NCBI GenBank assembly: GCA_051294905.1
Contig: CM119371.1
Coordinates: 29,390,001 to 29,454,000, forward strand
Reading direction: 5' to 3'
Length of the DNA stretch: 64,000 nucleotides
Source: Botryllus schlosseri
Taxonomy: Eukaryota
The notes beneath the pieces were generated by a model. It did not search any database, was not told the DNA's origin, and worked only from the letters and a program-made list of their open reading frames with translations. Shown one piece after another: positions 50,521 through 63,407 of the stretch (positions within the stretch are counted from its first letter, which is position 1; every line of letters starts with the position of its first letter). The position numbers and the translations under genes were made by a program.

Positions 50521-53500
50521 ATGATTCAAAGACCGGGAAAGGTATACCTGTTCCTATAGGGATTTCCCTGTAGGAATTAGTCCAGTGAACATGACACGAT
50601 CTGAAGTCTTGCTATTGAAATTAAGGACTTATATCTTGATGGAGATGTGATCCGAAACACTAATAAAAACCTTCTTGTCAGGGGCGCGATCCATACGCCG
50701 GAGTTGAAATCCAGTCGGGTCAACGTCAAAATTATGGTGAAGATTGGAGCAGTGGTTTATTGGACTGTTGCAATGATATGTCGACGTGTGAGATTTGTGC
50801 CTTTTCATCTATAACATTTTTAAATTATAAAAAAGGATTTCGTACATTGATTTTCATAAACTGTGTTATTAATTACTTAATCGATTCAAAACCCCACAAG
50901 ATTGCAATGCAATAAATAAGTTAGGTATGAATCGAACTGTTTTCAAATAGCGTTTCAATCAAAACATCAGTAGGTCAACAGATTGGCAAATAAAATAAGA
51001 ACATATGTTTCACATGAGGTATGAGAACGGTATAGAAAACTGACGAAAGAAAACGTAACATGTACTGTACATAACAATAGAGAAACGAAATATACAAGGG
51101 TGCTGTGCATGATGGCGTAGCCAGGATCGATCGCTGTTAGCCCTCACCGCTCCGTATTTTAATCATTCTTTCGTGATATTTCCACTTAATTGCGACGCCT
51201 GTAAATTTTTGACACTATAAGACTTATGTATGTTCATAGTTCAGGATATATGTGGATGTGTTCCACATGTCACGCTTAACGCAATTACAAAACCATGTTC
51301 GGTTGTCATGATACTTCGACTTCGATACTACGATATGAAAATTTTATTCATCAATGATATCATTCCATCTAAAAAGTAGCCACAACTTTGTAAAATTTGC
51401 AGGTAGTGCATTTGGCTCAAATACATGATGTACATATATAAATAAAATAGTCTAAAAGCGGTACCTCTTTGGTAATTAAAGCAAGTACAAAGCAGTTTAT
51501 TACCAGCTCCGAAAAGTGTGTATATAGCTGCTTATCTCATTTACCACGTCATTTTTAGGTTGGCAAGTCGGATGTTGTTCATGCATTTATGGGCCATACA
51601 TGGCTACGAAATTAGACGAGAACTGCTTCGTCGGCCTTGTGGCACAGCTGCCCCTGCGATCTGTATTCAGAGTAAAGCAAGGCATCATGGTAAGAATCGG
51701 CTGATTCCCGACTAGGGAAATGTATTATTGAATTCATGCGTGCAGCGGTGCAGCCTGATCGCATTAATTTTTGCAACACTATATCATTTTTGTGCTTTGG
51801 CGAGTATGAAGTCATATCTCAGCTGTTACATCTCATTCTATGGAATTCAATGCAGTAATTCGTGGGGTGAACTAATCAGTAGTTATATTCTTTTGAGAGA
51901 GATTGTTGATTCGAGGATTACTTTTTGTTCCTTCGTTCGTAGTATATTATTGAAATAAGTCATTGTAATGGTGGTGCTTGGAATGCACGTAACGATGTCA
52001 ATGGTATGAATGTTAACACCTGTAGAAGAGACAAGTTTTGATGCGAAGGGAGGTAACATTCGTGATATACCTTAGTAATATCAAACTTTCCCTTGACATA
52101 TTCCACGGATCTTTACTTCAAGGTAATATTCGCCTTTTCGTAGAGTGCTGCGCGGTTTTTTTACTACGTTATTGTATAGAAATTACACACAATATATTCA
52201 TCATTAACGATTATTACATGAAAACTGAAAATTTTGACATTTTTGACGTGAAAAACTTGATTTTGAAAAAAAAATTGCCCTCATGTATGTACATTAGGAG
52301 TTTGCGCACATAATGTTCAATATTACTACTTATCTTCATTTCTGGTTGGAATTGTCTGTCTTTGTTACGAAATAGTTTGTTCTGAAAAAACTTATTTAGA
52401 CCTAACAACTGATGAATTCCTACATGAAAAAGCGTTATTTCAACGAAATTTGGAGATATGAAGAACTCCAGTAGGCTATTTACATCACGCATTAAGGTAG
52501 AAATAACTAAAAACTGTTGTAGTGCAACGAAAAATGCTTTCTTACATTTTCGGGTAGAAAGTGTCTGTCCTTATTAAGTAGCTTGTCAAGAATGGAGAAA
52601 CAACGTTCAACAGCAGCAGTTGTTGGCTGGCAACAATGAAGTTGTGTGTACTGCTGGTGACACACCATGTTGTTTCATTCTAACAATACTGTCTACAACA
52701 TCACAATTTTTTATATATTCTATATATTCTCGATATGAGAGCCAATTCCCACGTATGGTCTTGATTCAGTTAAGATATAACATCATGAGAAGCTGTTTGT
52801 TTTATTTTACCGTTTATGATTCACAAGGAGCAGACAATGGGCTGTCTACAACCGTAGGTATATAAAATACAGGCTATATACAAGATGTAGTTTTCAAATG
52901 ATAAGTTTACAGACAGCGCAAGCATGCAAGGTACAAACGAAATGCATGTTGCAAAATTAAATTGACATTGTGTGCAATTTTGACAATTTGACAATTTTGA
53001 CTTTGTTTGCAATGTCATAAATACGCCCTAATTACAACCCTCCACTGAAATGCATTGGTATTATGATGGGTTGCCTTTGTCTCTGTGGTTAAGTGTTGAT
53101 AGTTCATCGATCATTTTTTCAGTGACTGCCTTGCTATAGTTCACGGGTGATAATTGATTCGCCACATAACCTATATGACGTCTCACTTTCGCCGAATAGG
53201 CATTTTCGAGGTATCCATTTAAACCTCGATGAGCTATGTCGGGAGTCTATATTAGCTAAGTCGATATCCATATCTATATCCAATTTTATCCATGCCCGCA
53301 ATACAACTTATAGCATAGAATTACGGCATAGAATTGCATATTATCCACTACGAAGATTAGCTTAGCATGCTGGAAAATTGAAATGGTTCTGAGTTCCCCG
53401 CCAACAACTTATCCTGGCAGATAGCGCACTATGAGTCTTTATTCTTCCAATCCTCGTTTTACAGGGTTCGATCTGCAGCGACCTTATCTCCTTCATGTTT

Positions 53501-53560
53501 TGCGGGCCGTGCTCGGTATGCCAGCTAGCAAGAGAAATGAAACACCGAAAAATAATTTAA
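50521..53560 (+). CDS. PLAC8/cornifelin-family cysteine-rich protein (about 117 aa), spliced
   Basis: Exons 50682-50787 (DWSSGLLDCCNDMST), 51559-51689 (CWQVGCCSC...LDENC...LRSVFRVKQGIM) and 53465-53560 (GSICSDL...FCGPCSVCQLAREMK*) join in phase with canonical splice sites. The first exon 50521-50541 (MIQRPGK) is tentative. Confidence 0.85.
50682..50787 (+). CDS. PLAC8-family exon
   Basis: cttcttgtcag/gtgaga; W-S-S-G-L-x-D-C-C-x-D motif. Confidence 0.85.
51559..51689 (+). CDS. PLAC8-family exon
   Basis: tttttag/gtaaga; Cys-rich, R..FR...GI motif. Confidence 0.88.
52200..53030 (-). mobile_element. hAT-like relic in the PLAC8-family intron (family of 5760-6520)
   Basis: Shared segments; end AATACGCCCTA. 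Confidence 0.55.
53465..53560 (+). CDS. PLAC8-family terminal coding exon
   Basis: ttttacag acceptor; GSICxD...CxxCQxxRE, TAA stop. Confidence 0.88.
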   Translation, partial: GSICSDLISFMFCGPCSVCQLAREMKHRKII

Positions 53561-53949
53561 TATGTCGGCTGACATGCACTGTAGCATATTCACTGGATTT
53601 GATTCATGTTTATGTATAGCCTACATTTGCGAGATTTTGTTTTTCAATTGTGTCGATCTAGTTGGCTATGGCATAGGATAAGCTCTTCGTAATTTTTGTT
53701 GTTGTCCTAGTGTAGTTAGGCTACTCTGTGAATAATTCTGTACTTTTAATGGTGAAATATAATCACCTCTCTCTTATTAGTATTACCGACTACTATGAAT
53801 CAATTACATGTGACAATATATGAGTAAGAGGTACTTTATTGAACTTTAAAACTGTAATTTTATTGCGACCTAACTAAGCGCACAAATATTAGGAAATTAA
53901 ATGCATAAGTAAAATCGCGCAAACCTAGACACTTGAACTATCCCCGATG

Positions 53950-54890
53950 TATTGAACGGCATCTGTAAGTCACTATAAAAAGTCGATGCTACATTTCCTA
54001 ATCGTATATCGAGACCGCTACTGCACGATTCATGAGGAAGCCATTATTTGAACGAGTTTCGTATTTTTGTAAATAGCGGTCATCTCTATAAGTGGATGAA
54101 AGTGACTCACAAGTTGAACATGTTCTATATATTGTAATTTCGATGACTTTCAATAAATTATTGCAGTGTTCCGCAGCCCTGTTTAGTATGGGAATATTCT
54201 CTGAGTTGATCAAATATTATACGCGATGGTAATTTATTTAATTGGAAGAAATTGCGTATGAATGTAATCGTGTCCCTCTCGAGCACTGAGTTGACCTAAG
54301 TTCGCAAGTATTAGCCACCTAATACTTTTTATAGAATTATGTATATATATTCGAGTGCGCCAAGATATATTGCGATTCCAGTGCATCAGTTTACACGACA
54401 CGACACGGTAGGCGGATGGGTGAATCTACGGTGGTACTATGCACAGTTTCATTCCACCAATACAGTGTTACACAGTAACACATATTGGCGGTCCACGGCA
54501 TCAGCATTGGATCAACAGAACAATACCATGCACTGATAGGTTGACCCGGTGCACAATTGTTCGTGAGAGTTTACAGCGAGTAACTGAGACATTAGATTTT
54601 TCTTTGACGCAAACTAAGGCCGTTTTCAGCCGTCAAAGCTTCCATTTTTTGCAATTGTTCGCAGGCCTGAACTTTAATCCTTCCAGTATCAGGTACGCCG
54701 CAGAGAAGTTCACAGTCATTTCCAAACAATGTAGTGCTACATGAGGAGGGATCAAAGACATCGTTATATATAAAGTGAACCGTCCCAAGAACGGTACATT
54801 AAACGCCGCAAGCACACGAGCTGCTGGAGATTGACACCATATGGTGATTGTCACGATTGTAACTGTTAACAAAGTTTCCAGAAACAACCG
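53950..54890 (-). mobile_element. Degenerate CR1/L2-type LINE reverse-transcriptase relic
   Basis: Minus frame GV*CTVLGTVHFIYNDV...STTLFGNDCELL...ENGLSL resembles GVPQGSVLGPxLFxxYINDL...LFADD...NGLxLN; stops present. Confidence 0.5.
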
Positions 54891-55049
54891 CTAGCTTACC
54901 GCGGAAGAGTAATACTGTTTTTTAATTTCGCGCTATCGAAATAATTTTTTATTCATAGCAATACTCTGTAGTGTTACGGCGGGAGTCTAATTTGTTTTAG
55001 AGTCCGAGAGGAGTTGTTGTTATTGTTTGTGATATTCATGGAGTTTGTC

Positions 55050-55185
55050 GACTACTATGGTCATTTACACCAGGCCTCAAACACTTAGGTAGGAGTTCTG
55101 GGGTCGACAGTGGTTGGACTCGAACCCGCAACCTATTGGTCTTGCCGCTGTGGATTATACCACTATGCGCTATCTCGTCACACTC
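55050..55185 (-). mobile_element. tRNA-derived SINE family B
   Basis: TGGTCATTTACACCAGG...GACTCGAACCC...ATACCACTA. Confidence 0.55.
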
Positions 55186-57423
55186 CGATAGGAGTAAATG
55201 AATACAGATACCGTGATGGAGCGGGCCATAAAGCAGGAGTGGATATTAGCCAGCGGATTTAATTTTTGGCCAGGTCCGGATCGACGTCGGATTCACACTT
55301 TTTATGAATGTCCGGAGTAACAGCGAGTATATTGTGCATGATTGAGCAAGCCAGAACCAGAGCGGTAGAGCGGTGCATGGGACCAGAGCCGGGATGGATA
55401 TTGGCCAGATGTTCCAATTTTTGGCCGGAGCTGGATCAGATCCTGATTCATACCTATTTATGATACGACCGGAGTCTGATTGAAGTTGCATTATCACTTT
55501 GAGCGTGAGATATACGTTAGACGCACTCGGTCTGTGTGATCTTGAGACATTTGCAGGTTTGCATGTGCACCGTGAACCTTTTTCTTGAATTACAAGTCAT
55601 ACATACATTATTTTTCAACTAAATTGCAGTCTACCATAAAGCAAGATAACTCAATATTTTACAGATGATTTAAAGTTAACAAAAGTATTACTGACATTAC
55701 ATACCTTTAAATAATATCTTCTGGCTGAAAACTAGCAGGAAATATCTGCATTTGTTTTCGACTTGCAACCCAGCGGCGCTTTTTCAATGTACGATCCAAA
55801 ACAAGTGGAAGTCAACCGTGCAACCAATACGTGCCTCCCATGAACATGATAGACAGGCTGTGCAGAGCAAAACAGAGATGCATATGACCTTTATAGGACT
55901 GTATTCAATTACAATTTTGAAAACATATCGATTCTATTGCAATATCCCTTATCTACACGGCCGTTTCCAACTGATAACGTCACAAAGCAATGAACAGGCG
56001 ACATGGTCAACACTACATATACAGTAGTAAGGAGAATTGACCCGTGGATATTTGAAGACTTTGAGGGGAAGGAAGAACAGGATGAAGATGACCAAAATCG
56101 CTTATAATAGTGTTTTTATATACTAAGCTATCATTTGGAATTCGGTGAAGAAGTCTCCTGACAATTTTTCAAATCTGAACAACCCTGATTTGTTTATATA
56201 TATTTATGTGCGTGTAATCTAAAGCGAATAAACTCATTCATCCAACTGATATGCATTCGGTTATATGTTGGGTTAATGAAGACAGTATTCCGTTGGAACG
56301 GTAACAAAACCTCGTCGTGTCGCGGTCTCCGGGTTGTTGTTGTTTGTGGTATTCGCGGTATTGGTCGGCTAGGCCTACTATGGTAATTTACTTACACCAG
56401 GCCAATATTCTTCATTTTTATTCCGTAGCAAGGCCCAATTCTGGGATTTTATAAGACCTAGATAAGAGCCTAGATAAACGTTCGACACTTAGGTAGGTAT
56501 TCTCGAATCGACCTCGGTCGGTGTCACCCGCAACCAGGGCTTTGAAGCCGGAGCCGGAGCCCGGAGCCCCGGAGCCGTGCATTTTCACCGGAGCTGGAGC
56601 CGGAGCCGGAGCTCGACATAAAATTCAGCCGGAACCGGAGCTGGAGCCCGTTATTTGAGGAGTAGCTCCGGCTCCGACGTATTTCATAAGATGCTGTTAT
56701 AGCCTATATGCAACAACCACATCTGCTTATTTATCATAATTGAACAGCAGGCCTGAATTTTAATGCTGTGCACACCAATGGCATAGACTCACATAGAGTA
56801 AAGTGCGTTCTAGTGCAACTATGATGTTATCGACAATGGGAGACAATCATACACTTGGGGGCGCCAAAACCTCGTCCTAGTGATCCATTGCTTACATTGG
56901 ATACCGAAAGAAACGTCGTCTTGGTTTGTTGTCTTTTGACATCCCTAGCGTAGCTGGTTGGAAGTCAAGTGGCCCTACACGGTAAAGGATGACCTAATAA
57001 CACCTTGAAAGTATTTTCCATATTTGATGATTGCTGCAGATGGCTATTATCTGAAGAAAAATCACAGATGGTATGCTCAAGTACAAGGCCAAATGACTTG
57101 CGCTTGTGTGAAACTATATGTTGTTTTATGCATACATTTCGTAATGTGCACATGGAAAATATAGAGTTTGACCAATAATTTGTTCCTAAATTTAGGATTC
57201 TGAAGTTGCAAAAGTTCTACGAAATGTATTGGCGTCCTTTTTTGGTGTCATCGCAAGACGAAAAACTGAAAACTGCTGAATGCAATGTAGCTTTGAATAT
57301 GATTATTGTTATTTCCAAATTCGATGATTCTTTCTGTTGATTACGTAGTTCTACCTATATATTGGGAGTTTTTATGTATCTCGTTTAGTAAATGAAAACA
57401 AAACTCGCGTCTAGACTCTAGGT

Positions 57424-59555
57424 CAGTGGTTCCCAACCTTTTTGACCTCGCGGCACACTTTGAAAATGAAAAAGAGTTCGCGGCACACTAGCACAGTGGT
57501 TCTGAACTCTTTTGGCTTACGGCAAAAGCAAACTACCAGAATGCGTATAGCAGCAACCACAGTCTTATAAAGGTGGTCACTGGTCACTGACGAAGTATAC
57601 TTCTGCCTTTTCGGTGTACTCAAGTAGGCTTTTCTCTGCTTCAAAGAAGAAATTAAGTTTTCTTTTATCTCTGCGGACATTTCACAAATACGTCTACGAA
57701 TGGTATAATTTGACATGGGGATAGTTTTCAATTCTTCTTTTTTTACAATTTTATTGCAGGCAGGAATAAGGACTTTCAATCCGTGTGAGGTTTTGAATTA
57801 TCAACCATTACCTCTGTTGCCACATAACTTGCCTGCTGAGATCTCGTTCAAACTTCAGGCTGAGGTTAATTTCATAAGATTGGCTTGACAACAAAGTCTG
57901 ACCACTACCTCGTTGTCGATGTAATTAACCGCCGCATGGAAGAGTCCAATCGCGATCGTCACTAACAAATACAGACGCGTATAGAGGTGTCTATACTTGG
58001 AAGCCAAACGCGTTTCCATGCAGGTCGTCTAATAGCTTCTGTGAGGATAGCAATACCTCAGTCAAGAGTCTTACTGGCAGCCAGCTGCTGTTCAAACCTG
58101 GATGATAAACCTCAGGACCGGTGAAATTTGTTAACTGATATAATTTGATCAACATTACTTCTCAATTCTCAAATTTGTTGCCTGCAACATTGCGTTGCGC
58201 CCTGAGCCTACATTTTACCTGCAATGCTGGCACGCTACGTAACAATCGCAATGTGAATGGCTATGTCGGCAATTCTAATTTGTAAACGTGAACCTCACTT
58301 CCAAATGAATATACATTTCTCGATGGTGGGGATGCCTTCCTAGGTGTTGGAGGTTTATATTGGCTCCTACTCGTCCTCGGATCTGCAAAAGCAGTATCTT
58401 ACAAAAAGTGGACTGTGCTATAAGTTTAGGCTTACCATATTTTGGAAATCTAAAAAGAGGACACTTTTTCAGAAATTTGCAACCTGCAAAACCGGAGTAG
58501 AATTCTCAAATACCGGTGAATTTTTCCCACTTTGCGATCGGTTGACTAAAAAAAAAAAGAAAGGTCATGTTTTCCGCTCAGAGCTCAAAATACCGTTTTT
58601 ATCTCCACATTGACAGGTGGATGACTAAAAAAAAAAAAAAAAAAAAGGTCATCCTTTCGCTCAGAGCTAAAATCACCGCTTTTCACTCCGAGATACTCGC
58701 CGGAGCGTCACTTCTGTGCTAATTTGCGGCATATCACTCGCAATTTGCTCTAAATCTGACCGAAATTTTCAAAAAAGAGGACAAAATCTCAAAAAAGAGG
58801 ACAAAAGGGCGTCCTCCGAGGACACTTTCAAAAAAGTCAAAAAAGAGGACAAATCCTCTTAAAAGAGGACGTATGGTAAGCCTATATAAGTTGGCATCTC
58901 AGGAATCAAAATATGGTATATCGGCATGGTATAAAATTATCATCGATAACGAAGACATGGCAAGAATACGACTACAAATAGAAACAGAAAAAGGTCATCA
59001 ACTACGTCACGTCCCTGTTCTGCCTCCGGTTCTGATGGGGTGACAAGTAAAAGGTCACCTTCGGCCACACCTCAACATCACGGTCCAATAGCCCGAGTCT
59101 AGTTATATATCTATCACCGTCCTAAATGCTACTATATGTGGGCAAACTAGCGTATCACACCCATTGACGGTGGAGGCCCCAGTTTCATTCATGGCAGTGC
59201 AGTAGCACGTTACGAAGCGTCGCAGATTTATAAGATTCTCCAACCCTATACGTTGCTGTGATCAGAGCGTCTTTACAATAAAAAGCCAGAAAAAGACCCA
59301 ATCCATGACCTGATGGGGATGCCTAATTGAGATAACGTTACTATGGCCGTCGCGACATCCTTGTATCTGTTCACTGCATCGAATTGTACATCGCGTGTCT
59401 TGATATAGTAAATTCAATAGAAACTCCTACAATGACACACTCAAAATTTGGATTTTTGTTATACTTCGACCCAGTTTAGCGCATTTGCTCGCGGCACACC
59501 TGAGCAGTCCAATTGGCACACTAGTGTGCCGCGGCACACCGGTTGGGAACCACTG
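57424..59555 (-). mobile_element. hAT Buster/Charlie element, second copy
   Basis: TIR CAGTGGTTCCCAACC; perfect TSD CTCTAGGT; ORF 57423-57779 LIPAC..IV..LKTIPMSNYTIRRRI..MS.EIK resembles ZBED5/Buster transposase. Confidence 0.9.
58427..58884. mobile_element. hAT-type MITE with AAAAGAGGAC repeats
   Basis: TIR TAGGCTTACCATA; perfect TSD TATAAGTT; empty site in the other copy near 22042. Confidence 0.88.
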
Positions 59556-59754
59556 CTCTAGGTAGTGATATGTTTTCTGTTCAGTCATCAAATCCAGTAC
59601 AGTGATATTCCGGTTTATTATGGCGGCATCAATATTGAAGTGGGAGCAAGAAAATTCATGCAACACTAATAGTAATCAATCATTATCACTAACCAAGTCT
59701 GCTTCAGCAAACACAAAATAATAAAAGCATCAAATGCTGTTATGTAGGACTATA

Positions 59755-60780
59755 TCAAAGTATGTCTTTCCTAAATTTAAAAATCATAAAGCAGATAAAG
59801 ACTATTTCATTTTTCAAATGCAAGAGATTGTAAGGCAAAACATTTTGAATGATTTTGAATGTCCTTGCATAACCAATAACCCTTTCAAGGTGTACATGTT
59901 TTGAGGAGATGGAGTAATCCTCTACCCGCTGTTCCTGAGAGAGCTGAGTCATGCCTTTCATCAAAGTAGGGGTGTTGATTTTCACATCAAATGGTGCAAA
60001 CAAACCTTGCAGTAGGTATCCTTTATCAGCCATGATACTGTCGCCCTTTTCAAACATTGCTCTGGCTTCGGCCAGTAAATCAGATTGCTCAATAATGCTG
60101 CGGTCACTAACGGATCCACCATAGCAGTCACTTATGAAGGAGACAGCACCCGTGGGTGCATTACCAATTAATACTTCCATGGTATTTCCATTCTTTCAAG
60201 TGGAGAATGTAACAGACTGTGCAGTGTGCAATTGGGATTTCTGTAGAGTCAATAATTATCTCGTTGATGGATATAGTTTTTTAAATCATCTGGCATGGGA
60301 TCCAATATCCAGTAAAGTACCATGCACTGCTTTCTTATCATCCTTGATATTTTCTAAGCTGAAAGCTGGCATTGAAGCACCTAGTTGGCACTGAATGCCC
60401 ATATTTTCCGAGTCTGTTTGAAATTTCTGGTCACTATGTGTTCCGGAATGAATTATTTCAGTAGGTTCTGGTGTAAATGGGTTCGAATTGTTTGTCTTCC
60501 TGACAGTTTTTAGTGGCGTTCTTTTATCATGCTGAAAGACTGATGGGACTGCCTCCTGTCTTCCAAGTTTCATGTTCGGCTCATATAATCACTTGGAAGA
60601 AAATGACCATAGCAAGCAATGTCTCTGCCCTCTGCCCAATGTCTCTGTCCAAAGCTGTTTCGTTTTGGAGTTTGATCTATTAATCGCTTCTCTCCATTTC
60701 ATCAGCTTCCCTGGTGACGTAGGAATCAAATGACCACCAATCCGACTCGTGCAACCAGGTACACAGCAATATCGTGTCGT
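59755..60780 (-). pseudogene. Disrupted THAP + DDE_Tnp_4 transposase (ISL2EU/PIF-Harbinger group)
   Basis: THAP-like YCCVPGC...P...W...CYGHF...AVPSVF (frameshifted), then P.GAVSFIS..YGG..SD...GDSIMADKGY...HLERVIG. Confidence 0.8.
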
Positions 60781-61238
60781 TTTATAATGTAGATAGATGA
60801 TAATACTGTCTATTAAAATGAAATATATATGTCACTCAGCTAATATTCAAACGTCACTCTCTGGAAATGAAATATCGGTACATGAAGTAACCTGACAATT
60901 CATAAATTGCACTGAACTCAATCATCAGTCGTAAATATGTTCAAACTCCGTACATACAAGACATTAATTCTGTTACCCGAATCCAACAGGCAGTGGCTGA
61001 CCTGGTTTCTAGCGAATATAGCTGTAAGTTTTGTTTGTTTACTACGGACGATAGGGCGTGGTGTTGGCGCCCCAAGTGGTTTGTGAATGTCTCCCATTGA
61101 CAAGTATTCATTATGACGTCACAAGCCGGCACGGCGGCACCTATGTCTTCGTTGCTACATCGGATGTTACTGACGGCTGACAGACTCTAGATTACTATAG
61201 ATAACAAACCTATGGGTAGATTAGTAATCTATATAGAC

Positions 61239-61903
61239 CAGGAATGGCCAACGTTTTCGGCTAGACGGGCACATGCAATTGACAAACGAGTGCGCGGTCC
61301 ACTAGCCGCGCCAAGCGGGTAAAATTTTCAAAGTTTATAAACAAACTAGGTCAATAATATTATTACTTGAGTATATTGCGGGTCTACTGTTTACCGCCCG
61401 CTAGGCTCAGTTTACAAGGACACGACTATTTGGCGTCTGGCCACATCGATATCGAAGGTCTCCGATAATATGCGACAATCATTTTGTGCCTACATTTCAC
61501 CGTCGACGATCTTGATGCGAGCGCAAGCGCGAATACAGTTAGACTCAATCGAGTAAATTATAGGCGTTTTTTTGATTTTCAGTAGGGGGTAGGCTACCAA
61601 GCAAGAAATCGTGTGACAATTAAACACGCGAAGCTTGAGGAAAAATTTCACTACTATTTTAGTTTATTGTAATGTACGACAATTTACTGAAAATGTGACT
61701 GGACCCAGGATCTGCCAATGCGTCGGAACTGATATTTTTGTCATCAACATCCCAAGTGTCGCAGCCAGACTTGTAATTTTTGGTTGGCATTGCAAGTTCA
61801 CAGTCTGAGCAATTCATTTTCGATAGTATAATAGGAAATTACCTCGCGGGCCACGCAAAACCCTCTCGCGGGCCACATTTGGCCCTCGGGTCGGCCACCC
61901 CTG
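61239..61903. mobile_element. Charlie/Buster-type MITE
   Basis: CAGGAATGGCCAAC...TCGGCCACCCCTG; perfect TSD ATATAGAC. Confidence 0.82.
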
Positions 61904-63407
61904 ATATAGACTGGCCCATTCGATAATTTCAGAGCCGGAGCCGGAGCTGGAGCCGGAGCAGTGGAAATACTGCGGCTCCGGAGGTGGAGCCGGAGCTAAT
62001 GTATGATTGAAGAAAGCTCCGGAGCCGGAGCTGGAGCAGTTTAAATTTACGGCTGCTCCAAAGCCCTGCGCGCAACCCAGTGGTGTTGCAACAGTTAGTT
62101 ATACCACTACGCTAACACCGCGTCCACATAGAAAGCTGTCACGTGCTTCGTAAATGTAATATATGGTATTGAATTCAGGTCCGTCAGAATAAAGATATAC
62201 GCGGCGAAGTACGCTGCGAAACCTTATGGAGTCAGTTTGTACATCAATAACATGACATTACATATGGCATCTTGACGTTATATTTCTTATTGAACCTTTA
62301 CCTCTTGTTAAGGGACATACGAAAACTTTCGAGTTGATAAAATATGATACAATGAAAGTAGTCCTGAAAGCAATATTTAAGTTTAGTACCGTCGGTCCCA
62401 TATTCAAATAGCGATTTCAGTAAAATTTAGGATATGTGTTTTTCTGCGGATTTTGCGAGACAGTACACACCGAGCTTCACATTTGTCATCACCGCGCGTG
62501 TACAAGTACATACTGGAATAGCAATGTAAGCCTGTACGTCGGAGGCTTTCGTTTACGATATAGCACATTTTGTTCAGGTTATGCGTTTATTTTCTAAGCC
62601 ATGAATCTCACTTTCCAAGGCCCTTGTTGTTGTACTGTCCGCGACGCAATCGAAGTTCGTGTTGACGTCAGGCGCGTTTGAAATGAATGCGCCGACATCG
62701 CTTAATCAAACCATTTCAAGGGCTTGTTTTGAGATCCGCCACTCCTGTGATTTCTTCGAATCATAGAATTCCCACATTCCAGGTGAAAGGCGAACTTTAA
62801 TGGCGGAAGCTAATGGAAATGTGGCTTTCGCTTGATCATTTCTTGTGATTTCGCTTATCTACTGCGTCTATTCTCCTGTAATCAAGATCGGGTGCGGTTA
62901 TTTTCTGGATACGGCGCGGTTCATATGTAGGCTGTCGTTTAGTGTGACATATTTAGTGGCTACAGTTAATATTACAATTTACTGTACGGTGCAAAGAGTG
63001 AAATGACGTAGTTTTGATGCGAGTATTTTTCCTCCTAATTCTGCAATCAAGCAAGCTATATTACCTTTGGCACGGTGTTGTGTATTAAGGTTGTTTCCAA
63101 TGAAGAATATGACTATTATCAACGGGTGGGTATTCAGTGAAAACATGGCAAACTAACTATTCTAAAGCTTCGCGGATATTATGTGGTAATCCCATAGACA
63201 AGCTCAGCTGCTAAGTCTCTAAATTTATGCTGTGCTAACAATAAGGTGTTGGAACAAGCGGCTATCATTAATTTGCCGCTGGCGTGCTTGAACTATGAAT
63301 TATGACCGACTTCATGCTTGTTAACATTGAAAATATTTAGCGATTCGAGAAGGAATGCCAGCAATCATTTGGCCAGATTATTATACAGATACGTTAGTAG
63401 CGTTCAA

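Larger units (their letters stand above)
56535..62068. mobile_element. 5.5-kb composite hAT-type element with GGAGCC subterminal arrays, inserted in a SINE
   Basis: TIR CAGGGCTTTG(A/G)AGC; TSD CCCGCAAC/CGCGCAAC; SINE halves at about 56370-56534 and 62069-62120. Confidence 0.8.

Noticed and set aside
55780..56110. Coding-like stretch ending in an acidic tail
   Set aside because: Several in-frame stops and no recognisable homology.
62390..62880. Minus-strand exon-like segments with donor and acceptor signals
   Set aside because: Stops in all frames across the candidate exon and no recognisable product.
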